In this document: positions 63,306-64,000 of the stretch, one piece after another
Numbering within the stretch: position 1 is the first letter of the stretch
Layout: each line of letters starts with the position of its first letter
Notes under the pieces: model-generated
What the model was told of the DNA's origin: nothing
Database searches by the model: none
The model's input: only the letters and a program-made list of their open reading frames with translations
Program-made: the position numbers and the translations under genes
From: Longimicrobiales bacterium
GTDB lineage: Bacteria; Gemmatimonadota; Gemmatimonadetes; Longimicrobiales; Gaopeijiaceae
Length of the DNA: 64,000 bases
Assembly (NCBI GenBank): GCA_965198065.1
Contig: CBDAON010000004.1
Span: 1,440,001-1,504,000, forward strand
Reading direction: 5' to 3'

Positions 63306-63904
63306 ACGCGGTCCTTCGCGCCCACGACGGCGGTCTTGGTCACCGGGCCGCGCCCCAGGCGCGCCCTCTTGACGGCGTGCTTGTTCTTCTCGAGCCCGCC
63401 GATGTAGCACTCGTCGACCTCGACGGGACCGGCGAAGGTCGCACCCTCATGCGCCCACGCCTCGCGTAGCCGGTGCAGCATATGCCAGGCGGAGCTTTGA
63501 GCGATTCCCAGATCCCGGTGCAGCTTCATGGAAGACACGCCCTTCAGGTTCGTGGTCATCAGGTAGGCCGCGATCGCCCACTTGCGAAGTGGGATGTTGG
63601 AGTCCTGCATCGCGGTACCCATACGGACACTGAACCGCTTCCGGCAATCGCGGCACCGCAAGGGCATGGTCTTGTGCTTCGCGCCGGTCTGGACGTTCAC
63701 GCTTCCGCAGTGCGTGCAGGCGGGCTCATCGCCCCAGCGGGCCTTGGCGAACCACTGCTCGGCCGCCGCATCGTCGGGGAACCTGTCGAACGCCTCGATC
63801 AGCGACAGTCCCTTCCGGTAGCTCTTCCCTGGCCCTTTCTCGCTCGCCATCCTATTAGCTCCCTTGCGGTTATCGCTTCTACCCGGCACTATAAATATAG
63901 TGCC
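63306..63904 (-). mobile_element. IS1595-family transposase fragment (ATG at 63850), truncated at the CRISPR array
   Basis: Zn ribbon CTHC...CRDC; KGVSSMKLHRDLGI; SAWHMLHRLR; VEVDECYIGG; palindrome ggcactataaatatagtgcc at 63885-63904. Confidence 0.88.
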
Positions 63905-64000
63905 CAGGGGGGTGGTTTGCAAGGGAGGCTTGGGCACCATTCGCTATAATTCCCATCCGGCACACCGCCAGGAAAGGGGTCGCAGGTGACCGTGCCGGGG

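Noticed and set aside
63917..64000. Full sigma70 promoter and gene start at the window end
   Set aside because: TATAAT at 63945 and an SD-like sequence are present, but there is no properly spaced -35 and too little sequence to call

Overview
High-GC bacterial DNA; gene content resembles Gemmatimonadota, which is an inference. It falls into two parts. (1) 1-~45990 is mostly intact core-type metabolism: heavy-metal P1B ATPase, gamma-glutamyltransferase, dipeptidase, SLC13 permease, Zn-metalloprotease, a 2-oxoacid:ferredoxin oxidoreductase operon, a ~15 kb MoxR/DUF58/vWA/TPR-peptidase operon, gluconate-2-dehydrogenase-like pair, fused MFS-spermidine synthase, ACT-domain protein, threonine aldolase and DUF1800/DUF1501. 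(2) ~45990-64000 is a mosaic accessory region made largely of truncated pieces. It holds a tandem set of three degenerate zeta-toxin-like/small-ORF modules, a broken type I-G (I-U) cas3-cas8g-cas7 operon, an outer-membrane barrel, an exported HNH nuclease and IS3 and IS1595 remnants. It also holds a block with a RAPP-ending leader ORF, TonB receptor, lipoprotein, probable 6S RNA and truncated queD; a 7x47-aa TPR protein; a NYN ribonuclease; and a leaderless 24-repeat type I-E CRISPR array. Five genes carry single-base frameshifts, several in homopolymers, which may be sequencing errors. All family assignments come from motif recognition by eye; no database searches were run.
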